From contig JACDBU010000006.1 in assembly GCA_013694745.1 (NCBI GenBank), positions 1 to 46,408 on the forward strand: DNA of 46,408 bases, read 5' to 3'. A model generated the notes under the pieces. The model worked only from the letters and a program-made list of their open reading frames with translations. It was not told where the DNA came from and did no database searches. Shown here one piece after another: positions 18,764-29,100 of the stretch (position 1 is the stretch's first letter; every line of letters starts with the position of its first letter). A program made the position numbers and the translations under genes. The DNA is from Chitinophagaceae bacterium (GTDB taxonomy: Bacteria; Bacteroidota; Bacteroidia; Chitinophagales; Chitinophagaceae).

Positions 18764-19111
18764 ATGAAATTTATTATAAGGATCCTTATCACGGCCGCTG
18801 TAGCATTCGGTCTTTCAAAAATTTTGGATCCGCATATCCAGATCAAGTCCATTACAACAGCCATCATATTTGCACTGGTGCTCGCCGTGCTCAATGCGAT
18901 CGTGAAACCCCTGCTGGTAATTTTAACCCTGCCCATCACCATACTTACCCTTGGATTATTTTTACTTGTCATAAATGCCATCATCATTTTTATGGCTGCC
19001 AAGTTTGTAAATGGGATAAAAGTTGAAGGCTGGCTCTGGGCGATCATTTTTAGCTTATTGCTTTCCTTTATTACATCTGCTTTGCTAAGTGCGGAAAAGA
19101 AAATAAATTAA
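18764..19111 (+). CDS. YvlD-like 4-TM membrane protein ('phage holin family')
   Basis: LNAIVKPLLVILTLPITILTLGLFLLVINA signature. Confidence 0.85.
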   Translation: MKFIIRILITAAVAFGLSKILDPHIQIKSITTAIIFALVLAVLNAIVKPLLVILTLPITILTLGLFLLVINAIIIFMAAKFVNGIKVEGWLWAIIFSLLLSFITSALLSAEKKIN

Positions 19112-19158
19112 CGGCTGCACATTTCGCTTTATTCCACTGAATTGTAGAATTTCGCATT

Positions 19159-21177
19159 ATGGAATTTAACAGGAAAAATTTTTCTGATGAACAGTTGATC
19201 CACCTGTATAAAAACTTGTTGCTTCCGCGCATGACTGAGGAAAAAATGCTGGTCTTGTTGCGGCAGGGAAAGATCTCAAAATGGTTTAGCGGCATTGGGC
19301 AGGAAGCCATTTCTGTTGGCGCTACACTTGCTTTACAACCCGATGAATGGATAATGCCTTTGCACCGTAACCTCGGTGTTTTTACCGGCAGGAATATGCC
19401 GCTGCATAAATTATTCCAGCAATGGCAGGGTGATAAAAATGGCTACAGCAATGGAAGAGAAAGGAGTTTTCATTTTGGCAGCAGAGAACATTATATATGC
19501 GGTATGATCTCTCACCTTGGCCCGCAGCTTGCCATTGCAGATGGGGTAGCCCTGGCCTATAAACTAAACCAGGCATCAGGCGCAGCCGGTAAAGTTTCAA
19601 TGGCTTTTACAGGAGATGGCGGTACCAGCGAAGGTGATTTTCATGAGGCGCTGAATGTTGCAGCAGTATGGGATCTACCTGTAATTTTCATCATTGAAAA
19701 TAACGGGTATGGGCTTAGCACGCCGGTTAACGAACAGTACAGGTGCGCAAACCTTGTTGATAAAGCAATTGGCTATGGTATGCAAGGCGTGCAGATCGAT
19801 GGCAACAATATCCTTGAAGTGTATGATACCATCAAAGGGGTAAGGGATTATTGTATCAAAAATCAAAAGCCGTATTTAATAGAGTGCATGACATTTAGAA
19901 TGCGCGGGCATGAAGAAGCCAGTGGCACAAAGTATGTGCCCAAAGAATTATTTACGCAATGGGAACAAAAAGACCCGTTAAAAAATTACGAGCTTTTTTT
20001 AATAGAAGAAAATATATTGACCGAGCTAACGGTAAAGGATATACGCAGTGAAAATAAGGAACACATAGAAGCTGAACTGAAGTTGGGTTTCCAGGAAAAC
20101 AAGATCACCCCAAATACCAAAGATGAATTGAACGATGTGTATGCTAAGCGCCCTGCCGCCGCACAAGGTGCTATTATTAAAGAAGCACTTGCTAACGGGA
20201 AACCAGGAACCAGGAACCAGAAACGTTTCGTTGATGCCATCTCCGAAGGATTGAAACAAAGTATGGAAGCCCATCCCAAATTAATTTTGATGGGGCAGGA
20301 TATAGCGGAATATGGCGGGGCTTTCAAAATAACGGAAGGGTTTGTGGAGCTGTTTGGAAAAGACAGGGTACGCAACTCCCCCCTTTGCGAAAGTGCCATC
20401 GTTGGCGCTGCGCTGGGGTTAAGTTTGGAAGGTTACAAAAGCGTAATGGAAATGCAGTTTGCTGATTTCGTTACCGCAGGTTTTAACCAGGTAATAAATA
20501 ACCTCGCAAAAATTCATTACCGCTGGGGCCAGCATGCCGATGTGGTTATACGAATGCCAACCGGTGGTGGTGTGGGGGCAGGGCCTTTTCACAGCCAGAG
20601 TAATGAGGCCTGGTTTGTTCATACCCCCGGGTTAAAAGTTGTATATCCTTCCACGCCAATGGATGCAAAAGGACTACTGATCGCTGCTATAAACGATCCC
20701 AATCCTGTTCTTTATTTTGAACACAAGGCCTTGTACAGGAGTATAACAGGTGAGCTGTCGGAAGAATATTTTGAAATTGAAATTGGAAAGGCAAGACAAG
20801 TTCGGTCAGGCGATACCGTTAGTATAATTACTTATGGCGCCGGTGTTCATTGGGCTACCGCTTACGCAGATAAGCACCCGGAAGTTTCCCTGGATATCAT
20901 CGACCTCCGAACGTTATTGCCGCTGGATCTCGATTCCATAAAAACATCAGTTTTAAAAACCGGTAAAGTGCTGATCCTGCACGAGGATACATTGACCGGC
21001 GGGATAGGCGGGGAAATTGCTGCCTGGATAAATGAGAATTGTTTTGAACACCTTGATGCCCCCGTAATGCGTTGTGCCTCACTCGATACACCCGTGCCTT
21101 TTAATATTGAACTGGAAAAAAATTTCATGGCCAGTGCACGATTAGATGAAACCATACAAAAATTATTACACTATTAA
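19159..21177 (+). CDS. 2-oxoacid (branched-chain type) dehydrogenase E1, fused alpha/beta
   Basis: TPP motif GDGGTSEG...ENN, RMRGHEE, EMQFADF and GPFHSQS. Confidence 0.92.
   Translation: MEFNRKNFSDEQLIHLYKNLLLPRMTEEKMLVLLRQGKISKWFSGIGQEAISVGATLALQPDEWIMPLHRNLGVFTGRNMPLHKLFQQWQGDKNGYSNGRERSFHFGSREHYICGMISHLGPQLAIADGVALAYKLNQASGAAGKVSMAFTGDGGTSEGDFHEALNVAAVWDLPVIFIIENNGYGLSTPVNEQYRCANLVDKAIGYGMQGVQIDGNNILEVYDTIKGVRDYCIKNQKPYLIECMTFRMRGHEEASGTKYVPKELFTQWEQKDPLKNYELFLIEENILTELTVKDIRSENKEHIEAELKLGFQENKITPNTKDELNDVYAKRPAAAQGAIIKEALANGKPGTRNQKRFVDAISEGLKQSMEAHPKLILMGQDIAEYGGAFKITEGFVELFGKDRVRNSPLCESAIVGAALGLSLEGYKSVMEMQFADFVTAGFNQVINNLAKIHYRWGQHADVVIRMPTGGGVGAGPFHSQSNEAWFVHTPGLKVVYPSTPMDAKGLLIAAINDPNPVLYFEHKALYRSITGELSEEYFEIEIGKARQVRSGDTVSIITYGAGVHWATAYADKHPEVSLDIIDLRTLLPLDLDSIKTSVLKTGKVLILHEDTLTGGIGGEIAAWINENCFEHLDAPVMRCASLDTPVPFNIELEKNFMASARLDETIQKLLHY
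20194..20224 (+). repeat. in-frame heptamer repeats (AACCAGG) in the E1 alpha/beta linker
   Basis: AACGGGA AACCAGG AACCAGG AACCAGA AAC. Confidence 0.65.
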
Positions 21178-21277
21178 CCAGGTTGACATTTATTTAAATA
21201 GGTTGTATTTTTACTATCCCGCCTTTGTTATTGCAAGATCAGCTGCTGATCATTTTCAATTCTAAAAATCTAAAAGT

Positions 21278-21574
21278 ATGTACATCATCAGGGACATTTT
21301 TCATTTAAAATTCGGGCATTTTAAAGATGCAAAAGCATTGTTTGATGAAGCAAAAACAAAGAACATGCTGCCCGTTGCACAAAGCCTCCGCATGTTAAGT
21401 GATTTTACGGGAGATGCCTACCGGCTTATTATGGAAACCGGTTTCAATTCTTTAGCAGATTTTGAAAAATCGTTAACAGGCGGTATGGCCCAGGGCGACT
21501 GGCAACAATGGTATGAGAAGTTCAAAAGCCATGTTGAAACTTCGCACCGGGAAATTTTAAAAGAGGTTATGTAA
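21278..21574 (+). CDS. small hypothetical protein (NIPSNAP/dimeric alpha-beta barrel-like)
   Basis: Clean 98-aa ORF; pattern RDIFHLKFG...DFTG...SLADFE...W..WY..F...V....REI. Confidence 0.6.
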   Translation: MYIIRDIFHLKFGHFKDAKALFDEAKTKNMLPVAQSLRMLSDFTGDAYRLIMETGFNSLADFEKSLTGGMAQGDWQQWYEKFKSHVETSHREILKEVM

Positions 21575-21575
21575 A

Positions 21576-22346
21576 CTAGTTTACGGGACCGCTGATCCCT
21601 TCAAGCCGCTTAAATTCTTTTGCGGTAGCCAGGATATATTGATAAAACTCAATCTCGGAACTGCTGACAGCAAAGGCATAGCTTGGGCGGTAGATGTTTT
21701 TGTATTTTTCCAGCAGGGTATCTCTCAGCCCGGTCATTCTTTTTATCAGCACCGTGTTAAATTTATAATTTACATAATTATCCTCCTCCTGCGTGATGAG
21801 TCTTTTTCTGAAAGCCAAATTTTGCTTATTTTTTCTGAACCTGAAAATATGAATGAGATCATCCACATCAAGCCCGGGTGGACCACCATCCCCGGAAGAA
21901 GAATGCAGGCCCGGCCTTTCGTAGTTGAAAATTTTTGCATATTGCAACCGGTTCTCCACAGAATCCTGGTGGTAATTTTTTGAATATACGATCACCTCTT
22001 TCAAAGGTTTATACTTTTCGTGTAGCCCTACCCGTAAGGAGACATCAAATTCGTTGTAATTGCTTATTGTATGTACCGGGAATTTAATGGTTGATTTGTG
22101 CCTGTAAAAAAAAGAAAGCGAATCCGCATCCGAAACTTTAATACTGTAAATACCAAGTGAGTCGGTGTACACTGCATTTCCTCCTGTACTGCTAACCAGG
22201 ACATTTGTTACGCCATATAACTTGGTTGAATCATATACCGTACCCGAAATGATTATCTGTCCTTGTAAAACAGGCATTGTTATCACACTTAATAAAAGTA
22301 AAAGAAAAATATTTCTTTTAGTACGTATAAAATTCGGCACAGGCAA
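21576..22346 (-). CDS. secreted hypothetical protein with carboxypeptidase-regulatory-like N-terminal domain
   Basis: Signal peptide, ISGTVYDS...TDSLGIYSI and LKEVIV. Confidence 0.7.
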   Translation of the reverse strand: MPVPNFIRTKRNIFLLLLLSVITMPVLQGQIIISGTVYDSTKLYGVTNVLVSSTGGNAVYTDSLGIYSIKVSDADSLSFFYRHKSTIKFPVHTISNYNEFDVSLRVGLHEKYKPLKEVIVYSKNYHQDSVENRLQYAKIFNYERPGLHSSSGDGGPPGLDVDDLIHIFRFRKNKQNLAFRKRLITQEEDNYVNYKFNTVLIKRMTGLRDTLLEKYKNIYRPSYAFAVSSSEIEFYQYILATAKEFKRLEGISGPVN

Positions 22347-22581
22347 TAAGTAAAGGCATAATATTACACCAAAGGCTAATACGGATTTTTATTCCGCACT
22401 ATTTTTAACGGTCATTTTGCTTTTTGATTACCTGGCCTCATTTTCCAACAACAAATTTGCTATAACAATTAAATGAAATATATAAGGCAAGGTATCTTAT
22501 ACAAACTGTGTGCTGCAGCAAAATATAACAATATGAATTGAAAGTCTTTCTCTACTTTGTCCATTCAGTAAAATTTTTACG

Positions 22582-23631
22582 ATGAAAGCATTAGTGTATC
22601 ACGGACCCGGAAAAAAATCATGGGAAGAAAAGCCAAAACCCGGTATCACCGAAGCTACTGATGCAATTGTAAAAATTTACAAAACAACCATATGCGGCAC
22701 CGATCTGCACATTCTAAAAGGCGATGTGCCTGAAGTAACTGATGGCCGTATACTTGGTCACGAAGGCGTAGGCATTATTGAAGAAGTAGGAACTGCTGTA
22801 ACTGATTTTAAAAAAGGAGACAGGGTGCTCATCTCCTGCATTTCATCGTGCGGAAAATGTGAGTATTGCAAAAAAGGAATGTACTCACATTGTACAAAAG
22901 GTGGATGGATATTAGGACATCTTATTGATGGTACACAGGCAGAGTTTGTGAGGATACCATTTGCGGATAACAGTCTTTATCATATTCCTGAAAATGTGGA
23001 TGAAGAAGCGGTTGTGATGTTAAGTGATATTTTACCAACTGGTTTTGAATGCGGCGTGTTGAACGGGCAGATAAAACCGGGCGATACAGTGGCAATTGTT
23101 GGCGCAGGGCCAATAGGATTGGCGGTTTTGCTTACCGCACAATTTTATACGCCATCGCTTATTATAATGGTAGATGTGGATGATTATCGTTTGCAGGAAA
23201 CTATGAAATTCGGTGCAACACATACAATTAATAGCCAGAAAGAAGATGCAGTTGCAAAAATTTTTGAGCTAACAGAAAAAAAAGGCGTTGATGTTGCTAT
23301 TGAAGCAGTTGGTATACCGGCAACTTTCGAGCTATGCGAATCGATCATTGCTCCCGGCGGACACATTGCCAACATTGGCGTACATGGTAAAAGCGTGGCA
23401 CTCCACCTGGAAACTTCATGGTCAAAAAATATCACCATCACCACACGGCTTGTGGATACAGTAACTACACCGATGTTATTGAAAACAGTGTCATCAAAAA
23501 AAATAGATCCTACAAAACTTATCACCCATCATTTTCCTTTGCAAAATATTATTGAGGCATACGATACTTTTCAAAATGCCGCAAGGGATAAAACATTGAA
23601 AGTTATTCTTACAAACGATTCCGAAAAATAG
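22582..23631 (+). CDS. zinc-dependent alcohol dehydrogenase (MDR family)
   Basis: TICGTDLH, GHEGVG, C..C..C.......C structural Zn site, SDILPTG and GAGPIG. Confidence 0.93.
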   Translation: MKALVYHGPGKKSWEEKPKPGITEATDAIVKIYKTTICGTDLHILKGDVPEVTDGRILGHEGVGIIEEVGTAVTDFKKGDRVLISCISSCGKCEYCKKGMYSHCTKGGWILGHLIDGTQAEFVRIPFADNSLYHIPENVDEEAVVMLSDILPTGFECGVLNGQIKPGDTVAIVGAGPIGLAVLLTAQFYTPSLIIMVDVDDYRLQETMKFGATHTINSQKEDAVAKIFELTEKKGVDVAIEAVGIPATFELCESIIAPGGHIANIGVHGKSVALHLETSWSKNITITTRLVDTVTTPMLLKTVSSKKIDPTKLITHHFPLQNIIEAYDTFQNAARDKTLKVILTNDSEK

Positions 23632-23658
23632 TGATCTGAAAAAATCATCTGTCTTCAA

Positions 23659-24627
23659 TCATATGAGCATACCAGCTATAACTTTTGGATAATGCTCGTG
23701 TTCCAGTGTATGAATTTTATTAGCTAAGCTTTCCAACGTTTCATTATTATCAACAGTACATTTTGCCTGGAAGATAATTTTTCCATGATCATACAATTCA
23801 TCTACATAATGAATGGTGATACCGCTTTCTTTTTCTCGCGCATTTATAACAGCTGCATGCACATGATCACCATACATATTTTTGCCCCCGTATTTTGGCA
23901 GCAAGGCGGGATGGATATTTATTATCCTGTTGGGAAATGCTTTGATAAGTATTGGCGGCACTTTCCACATAAAGCCCGCGAGTACAATAATATCTATTCC
24001 AGATTCCTTTAGAAATGATAAATATCCATCTTCATAAAATTTATTTCTTTCTATTACAAGAAATGGGATATTTTCTTTTTTCGCAATATTTAAAACACCC
24101 GCACCCGGGTTATTAGAAACGATCAATGCCACGCTGGCATTTTTTCTTTTTTCAAAATCGCTTTCACCCGGTAAAGAAGGTGCTGAAAAATAATCAATGA
24201 TCTTTTGTGCATTGCTTCCTTTGCCGGAAGCAAATATTGCAATTCGTGTACTTGCTACTTGCTTCTCACTACTCGCCATTCGCTCCTCCCCACTCACTAC
24301 TTGCTTCTCGCTACTCGCTATTCCCTCCTCCCCGCTCGCTCCTCGCTTCATCATCCCAAACCTCCTCAATATTTTTTTTTCATATTTCCAGAAAAAATCG
24401 AACATGCCGAAACAAAAACCAACCAACAGGATCAGCACCTGGTATCCAAAAAAAATGATGGCGATTTTTAAGCCCCACCATTCCCATGAAAATCTTTCAA
24501 CAGCCAGCCATGACGTTATCTTCCTGCTTAAGTAAGCGGTTAAACTTCCCGTAATAGCGAAAGTGAAAAATACCAGGACGAGCTGTGAATTATTTACTTT
24601 CCAATGCTTCCGCAACTTTTTAAACAT
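23659..24627 (-). CDS. purN: phosphoribosylglycinamide formyltransferase fused to an N-terminal 2-TM membrane domain (DUF6787-like)
   Basis: C-terminal RIAIFASGKGSN, LAGFM, INIHPALLPKYGG, SGITIHYV and EH..YP; N-terminal W.V...Q...F.ITG...YQV...F.FF. One open frame. Confidence 0.88.
   Translation of the reverse strand: MFKKLRKHWKVNNSQLVLVFFTFAITGSLTAYLSRKITSWLAVERFSWEWWGLKIAIIFFGYQVLILLVGFCFGMFDFFWKYEKKILRRFGMMKRGASGEEGIASSEKQVVSGEERMASSEKQVASTRIAIFASGKGSNAQKIIDYFSAPSLPGESDFEKRKNASVALIVSNNPGAGVLNIAKKENIPFLVIERNKFYEDGYLSFLKESGIDIIVLAGFMWKVPPILIKAFPNRIINIHPALLPKYGGKNMYGDHVHAAVINAREKESGITIHYVDELYDHGKIIFQAKCTVDNNETLESLANKIHTLEHEHYPKVIAGMLI
24248..24348. repeat. heptamer repeat tract with a 42-bp higher-order duplication in the purN fusion linker
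   Basis: Units at 24255-24296 and 24297-24338; encodes ASGEEGIASSEKQVVSGEERMASSEKQVAS. Confidence 0.85.
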
Positions 24628-24809
24628 CTGCCAAAGATGCATTAATTTGATTTCAAAAAAAGCATAATGAAATAAATTACCAGGCAGCGAAGAAGCAATT
24701 ACCTGCTAATGACAATCTGCAATCCGTAATTGTCAGAACCTACTGAAACCCGCGCCAGTCATGGCAAAAAAAATTTTTAAAATGTTAACAGTTTGTCAAC
24801 ATCCTGACT

Positions 24810-24817
24810 TATTTTTG
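24810..24817 (+). promoter_or_regulatory. -7 promoter element TATTTTTG for the act-cox operon
   Basis: Consensus match 47 nt before the actA ATG. Confidence 0.55.
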
Positions 24818-24864
24818 CACGCAACTAAGGATCATTGTCAACCATTCATAACTCAGTTTTAGTG

Positions 24865-26112
24865 ATGCATTATTACAGAAGATTTATTGTAAGAACTATA
24901 ACCTATATCACTTTTTTACTGTTATTCTTTTTTCAAAATTTTTTATACGCACAAAATGGTGAGCAGATTTTTAAAGCAAATTGTGCCACCTGTCATAAAC
25001 CCGATAAGGATTTTACCGGTCCGGCATTAGCACATGCGCGCGACAGGGAACCTACAAAAGAATGGGCATATAAATGGGTTAATCATGTTGATGAAATGAT
25101 CACTACCGACCCCTATGCCAAGCAGTTATTCGCAAAGTTCAATTCAAAAATGACCCAATTCTCTGATCTTAAAAAAGAGGATATCAAAGCGGTTTTGGAT
25201 TGGGCTGATAGTTATACTCCGCCTGCAGCTCCGGGTGGCGCTGTTAAAGGAGGCGAAGCTGCCCCCGAAGATAATTCACTCTTATATGGGTTACTTACTT
25301 TGGTGCTAGCAGTAGTTGCACTCATTTTATTACAGGTTAATAGTAATCTTAAAAAACTAAGTGATGAAAAGCAGGGCATAAGAACACCGAACCCCGTTCC
25401 TTTTTACCGCAATAAGGCATATTTATTACTGGCCGTTATAGTTGTCTTTTTAATTGGTGGCTATTTCACGATCGAAGGCGCCGTGGGATTGGGCAGAATG
25501 AAAGGGTATCAACCCATTCAGCCTATTTATTATTCACATAAAGTGCACGCAGGCACTAACCAGATAAGTTGTTTGTATTGCCATGGTGGCGCGCAGGATA
25601 GTAAACACGCAAACATACCTTCTGTGAATGTTTGTATGAACTGCCACATGGCGATCAAGGAATATACAGGCGAACCGGTTACAACTGATGAAGGCATATC
25701 AATAAATGGTACGGCGGAAATACAAAAATTGTATCAGTATTCCGGCTGGAACCCCACTTCTAAAACATATGATCATCCCGGTAAACCTATTGAATGGGTT
25801 CGTATCCACAACCTTCCCGATCATGTTTATTTCAATCACTCCCAGCATGTAAAAGTTGGTCAGCAGCAATGCCAGACCTGCCATGGCCCTATCCAGGAGA
25901 TGGGCCAGGTTAAACAATTTGCAGAATTGAGCATGGGCTGGTGTATCAATTGCCACAGGGAAACCAAAGTCCAGTTCAACGACGACAAAGGCAATGGCAA
26001 TAAATTCTATAGCATTTACGAAAAGTTTCATGAGGATATAAAGAATAAAAAATACGATAGTGTAACTGTGGAAAAGATAGGTGGAACTGAGTGTCAGAAG
26101 TGTCATTATTAA
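24865..26112 (+). CDS. actA: alternative complex III hexahaem cytochrome c subunit
   Basis: Six CxxCH motifs (CATCH, CLYCH, CMNCH, CQTCH, CINCH, CQKCH) and LPDHVYFNHSQH; first gene of the act cluster. Confidence 0.92.
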   Translation: MHYYRRFIVRTITYITFLLLFFFQNFLYAQNGEQIFKANCATCHKPDKDFTGPALAHARDREPTKEWAYKWVNHVDEMITTDPYAKQLFAKFNSKMTQFSDLKKEDIKAVLDWADSYTPPAAPGGAVKGGEAAPEDNSLLYGLLTLVLAVVALILLQVNSNLKKLSDEKQGIRTPNPVPFYRNKAYLLLAVIVVFLIGGYFTIEGAVGLGRMKGYQPIQPIYYSHKVHAGTNQISCLYCHGGAQDSKHANIPSVNVCMNCHMAIKEYTGEPVTTDEGISINGTAEIQKLYQYSGWNPTSKTYDHPGKPIEWVRIHNLPDHVYFNHSQHVKVGQQQCQTCHGPIQEMGQVKQFAELSMGWCINCHRETKVQFNDDKGNGNKFYSIYEKFHEDIKNKKYDSVTVEKIGGTECQKCHY

Positions 26113-26123
26113 ACTGAAGGGTA

Positions 26124-26171
26124 TAATCGGTTAATCCGGATAAACGTTTGAACGGGTTAACAAATAAACGA
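26124..26171. repeat. degenerate 8-mer repeats between actA and actB
   Basis: TAATCGGT TAATCCGGA TAAACGTT TGAACGGG TTAACAAA TAAACGA. Confidence 0.6.
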
Positions 26172-26175
26172 TACT

Positions 26176-29100
26176 ATGGATAAAAAGTACTGGCAGAGTT
26201 TTGGGGAGCTTAATAATTCGGAGGCATACAAAAAATCATTGCCTGATGAATTTAAAGAAGATCTGCATCCGCTTGAGGATTTGAGTGAGAGCTTTTTGGA
26301 TGCTAAAACGCCTCGCAGGGATTTCTTAAAATATGTAGGTTTCAGTACGGCAGCCGCTGCATTAGCGGCCAGCTGCGAAATGCCTGTTCGTAAATCTGTC
26401 CCTTTTTTAAATAAGCCTGATGATCTTATTCCCGGTGTTGCAAACTATTATGCATCTACCTATATATCAGAAGGCGATGTTATCCCGGTAATTGTTAAGC
26501 AAAGAGAAGGCCGGCCAATTAAGATAGAAGGAAATACACTTTCACCGATTACAAACGGTGGCACATCCGCACAGGCGCAGGCATCTGTGTTGGGATTATA
26601 TGACACATCGCGTTTGCGTTACCCCATGTCGAATGGCAAGGAGGTAACTTTTGAGATAGTAGATAAAATGATCGCTGCTGACATTGCCGCAACGGTAAAA
26701 CCCCTGGTACTGCTCACTTCCAGCATCACCTCACCAACAACCCAGCAAATAATAAATGAGTTTCTTGCAAAATTCGCAGGAAGCAAACACATTCAATACG
26801 ACGCGGTTTCTTACAGCGGTATGTTGCTTGCCAACCAGTCATCTTATGGTAAAAAGGCAATTCCTTCCTACCATTTTGAAAATGCAAAAGTTATCGTTAG
26901 CCTTGGCGCAGATTTTTTAGGAACCTGGCTAAGTCCTGTTGTATTTGCAAATCAATATGCAAAAACAAGAAGGATAGTTGAGGATAAACCTGCCATGAGC
27001 CGGCACATCCAGTTTGAATCCCACATGAGCCTTACCGGGGCAAATGCAGATGAAAGAATATTGCACCTGCCTTCTGAAACGGGCGCTGTAGCATTGGCTT
27101 TGTACAATGCCGTTAAAAGTTCTCCATCAGATACAGGATTTTTAAACAATGCTGCCCTGGGACCTGCCATTAAAAAAACAGCAACAGAATTATTAGCCAA
27201 TAAGGGTGCTGCATTGGTGGTATGCGGCAGCAATGATCCCAATGTTCAACTCCTTGTAAATGGAATTAATGAAGCAATAGGCGCAGGAGGAAAAACGATT
27301 GACTGGTCATCACCGGTAAACTACCGTCAAGGGATAGACGCAGATATGGCTACCCTTACAAATGATCTTAACGCGGGTAATATAGGTGCCTTATTAATCT
27401 ACGGCGCCAATCCTGCTTACAATTATTTTGCTGCAGATAAATTTATCAGCGGGGTAAAAAAATGCCCGGTCACCATTTCATTCAATGAAAGAATGGATGA
27501 AACAACAGAGCTCTGCAAATATATTCTCCCGGCGCACCACTGGCTTGAAAGCTGGGGTGATGCTGAACCACAGCAGGGTTATGTAAGTTTGATCCAACCC
27601 GTTATTCATCCTTTATTCAAGACAAGGCCTTTCCAGGCATCCTTATTAAGCTGGAGCGGGAATGTAACAGATTATGAAACTTATTTTAAGAATTACTGGA
27701 CATCTAAAGTTGGCGGTATAGACAATTATAATAAAGCATTGCAGGACGGGATAATAAATTCCGGCGCTGCCACAAATAATACTACCAGTGACTCCACGAA
27801 TACTATTGCGGGAAAGTCACCCATAGTTGCTTCGGTAATGTCGTCTTCTCCATTCAATGGCAATATTGCAGATGCTACCACCAAAGTTCAAAATATAAAG
27901 AGCGGTGCAGTAGAATTGGTTTTGTATCAAAAAGTTTCTTTGGGTACAGGCCATCATGCAAATAATCCATGGCTGCAGGAATTGCCGGATCCCATCACAA
28001 AAGCAACATGGGATAATTATGCGATGATCTCGCCTGCCATGGGAAAATCATTATTTGATATTGATATTTTTAAAAGCCGGGATACAGATAATTATGAAGT
28101 GCATCCCGAAAAGCCGGTAGTAAAAATTACTGCGAATGGCAAAACAATTGAACTTCCTGTTTTGATAATACCTGGTGTTCATCCTAATGTTATAGCCATA
28201 GCAGTTGGTTACGGAAGGCAAAGCAGCACTAAAGATAAAACAGCTGATTTTATCGGGAAAGCAGCTAATGGCGCGGGTATCAATGTATATCCCCTGGCTA
28301 CTTTTAACGGTACAACAGTAGATTACACTGCAACTGCCACTGTTGAAAAAACAGGCAGAACTTTTATGCTCGCCCAAACCCAGGTACACAATGTTACCGA
28401 AGGCCGGCCGATAGTAAGAGAAACCACCTTGTCAAAATTTATTGCTGATCCGAAAGCCTTGGGAAGAGAGGAAGAAGAAGAAAATAAAAATTATGGAAAT
28501 GATTTCGTGAAAGATGCTACCATCTACCCTTATTATGATAAACCGGGGATGAAATGGGGAATGAGCATTGATCTTAATACATGCACAGGCTGCAGCGCAT
28601 GCGTTGTTGCATGCAATGCCGAAAATAATATACCGGTAGTTGGTAAAGAGGAAGTTTCAAGATATCATGAAATGCATTGGCTGCGTATCGATCGCTATTT
28701 TACCGGCGATGCTGCAAACCCGGATGTGGTTTTTCAACCGATGCTTTGCCAGCATTGTGATAATGCGCCGTGCGAAAATGTGTGCCCGGTTTCTGCAACC
28801 AATCACAGCAGTGAAGGATTGAATCAAATGGCATATAATCGTTGTATCGGTACAAGATATTGCGCAAATAACTGCCCTTATAAAGTACGTCGTTTTAACT
28901 GGGCAGATTATACAGGAGCAGATAGCTTCCCGGATAACCAGCGCGGAATAATATCGGATGTTACAATGGATATGAACGATGATCTTCCAAGAATGGTATT
29001 GAATCCGGATGTAACCGTTAGGTCGCATGGGGTTATGGAAAAATGTTCATTTTGTGTACAGCGTTTACAGGAAGGAAAATTAAATGCAAAAAAAGCAGGT

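Noticed and set aside
18764-19111. Holin as evidence of a prophage
   Set aside because: This is a YvlD-type chromosomal membrane protein, with no integrase, lysin or structural genes nearby.
23632-23651. TGATCTGAAAAAAT shared with 36420-36433, both just after genes
   Set aside because: Short and A-rich, and a similar string occurs inside a CDS near 18024; chance cannot be excluded.
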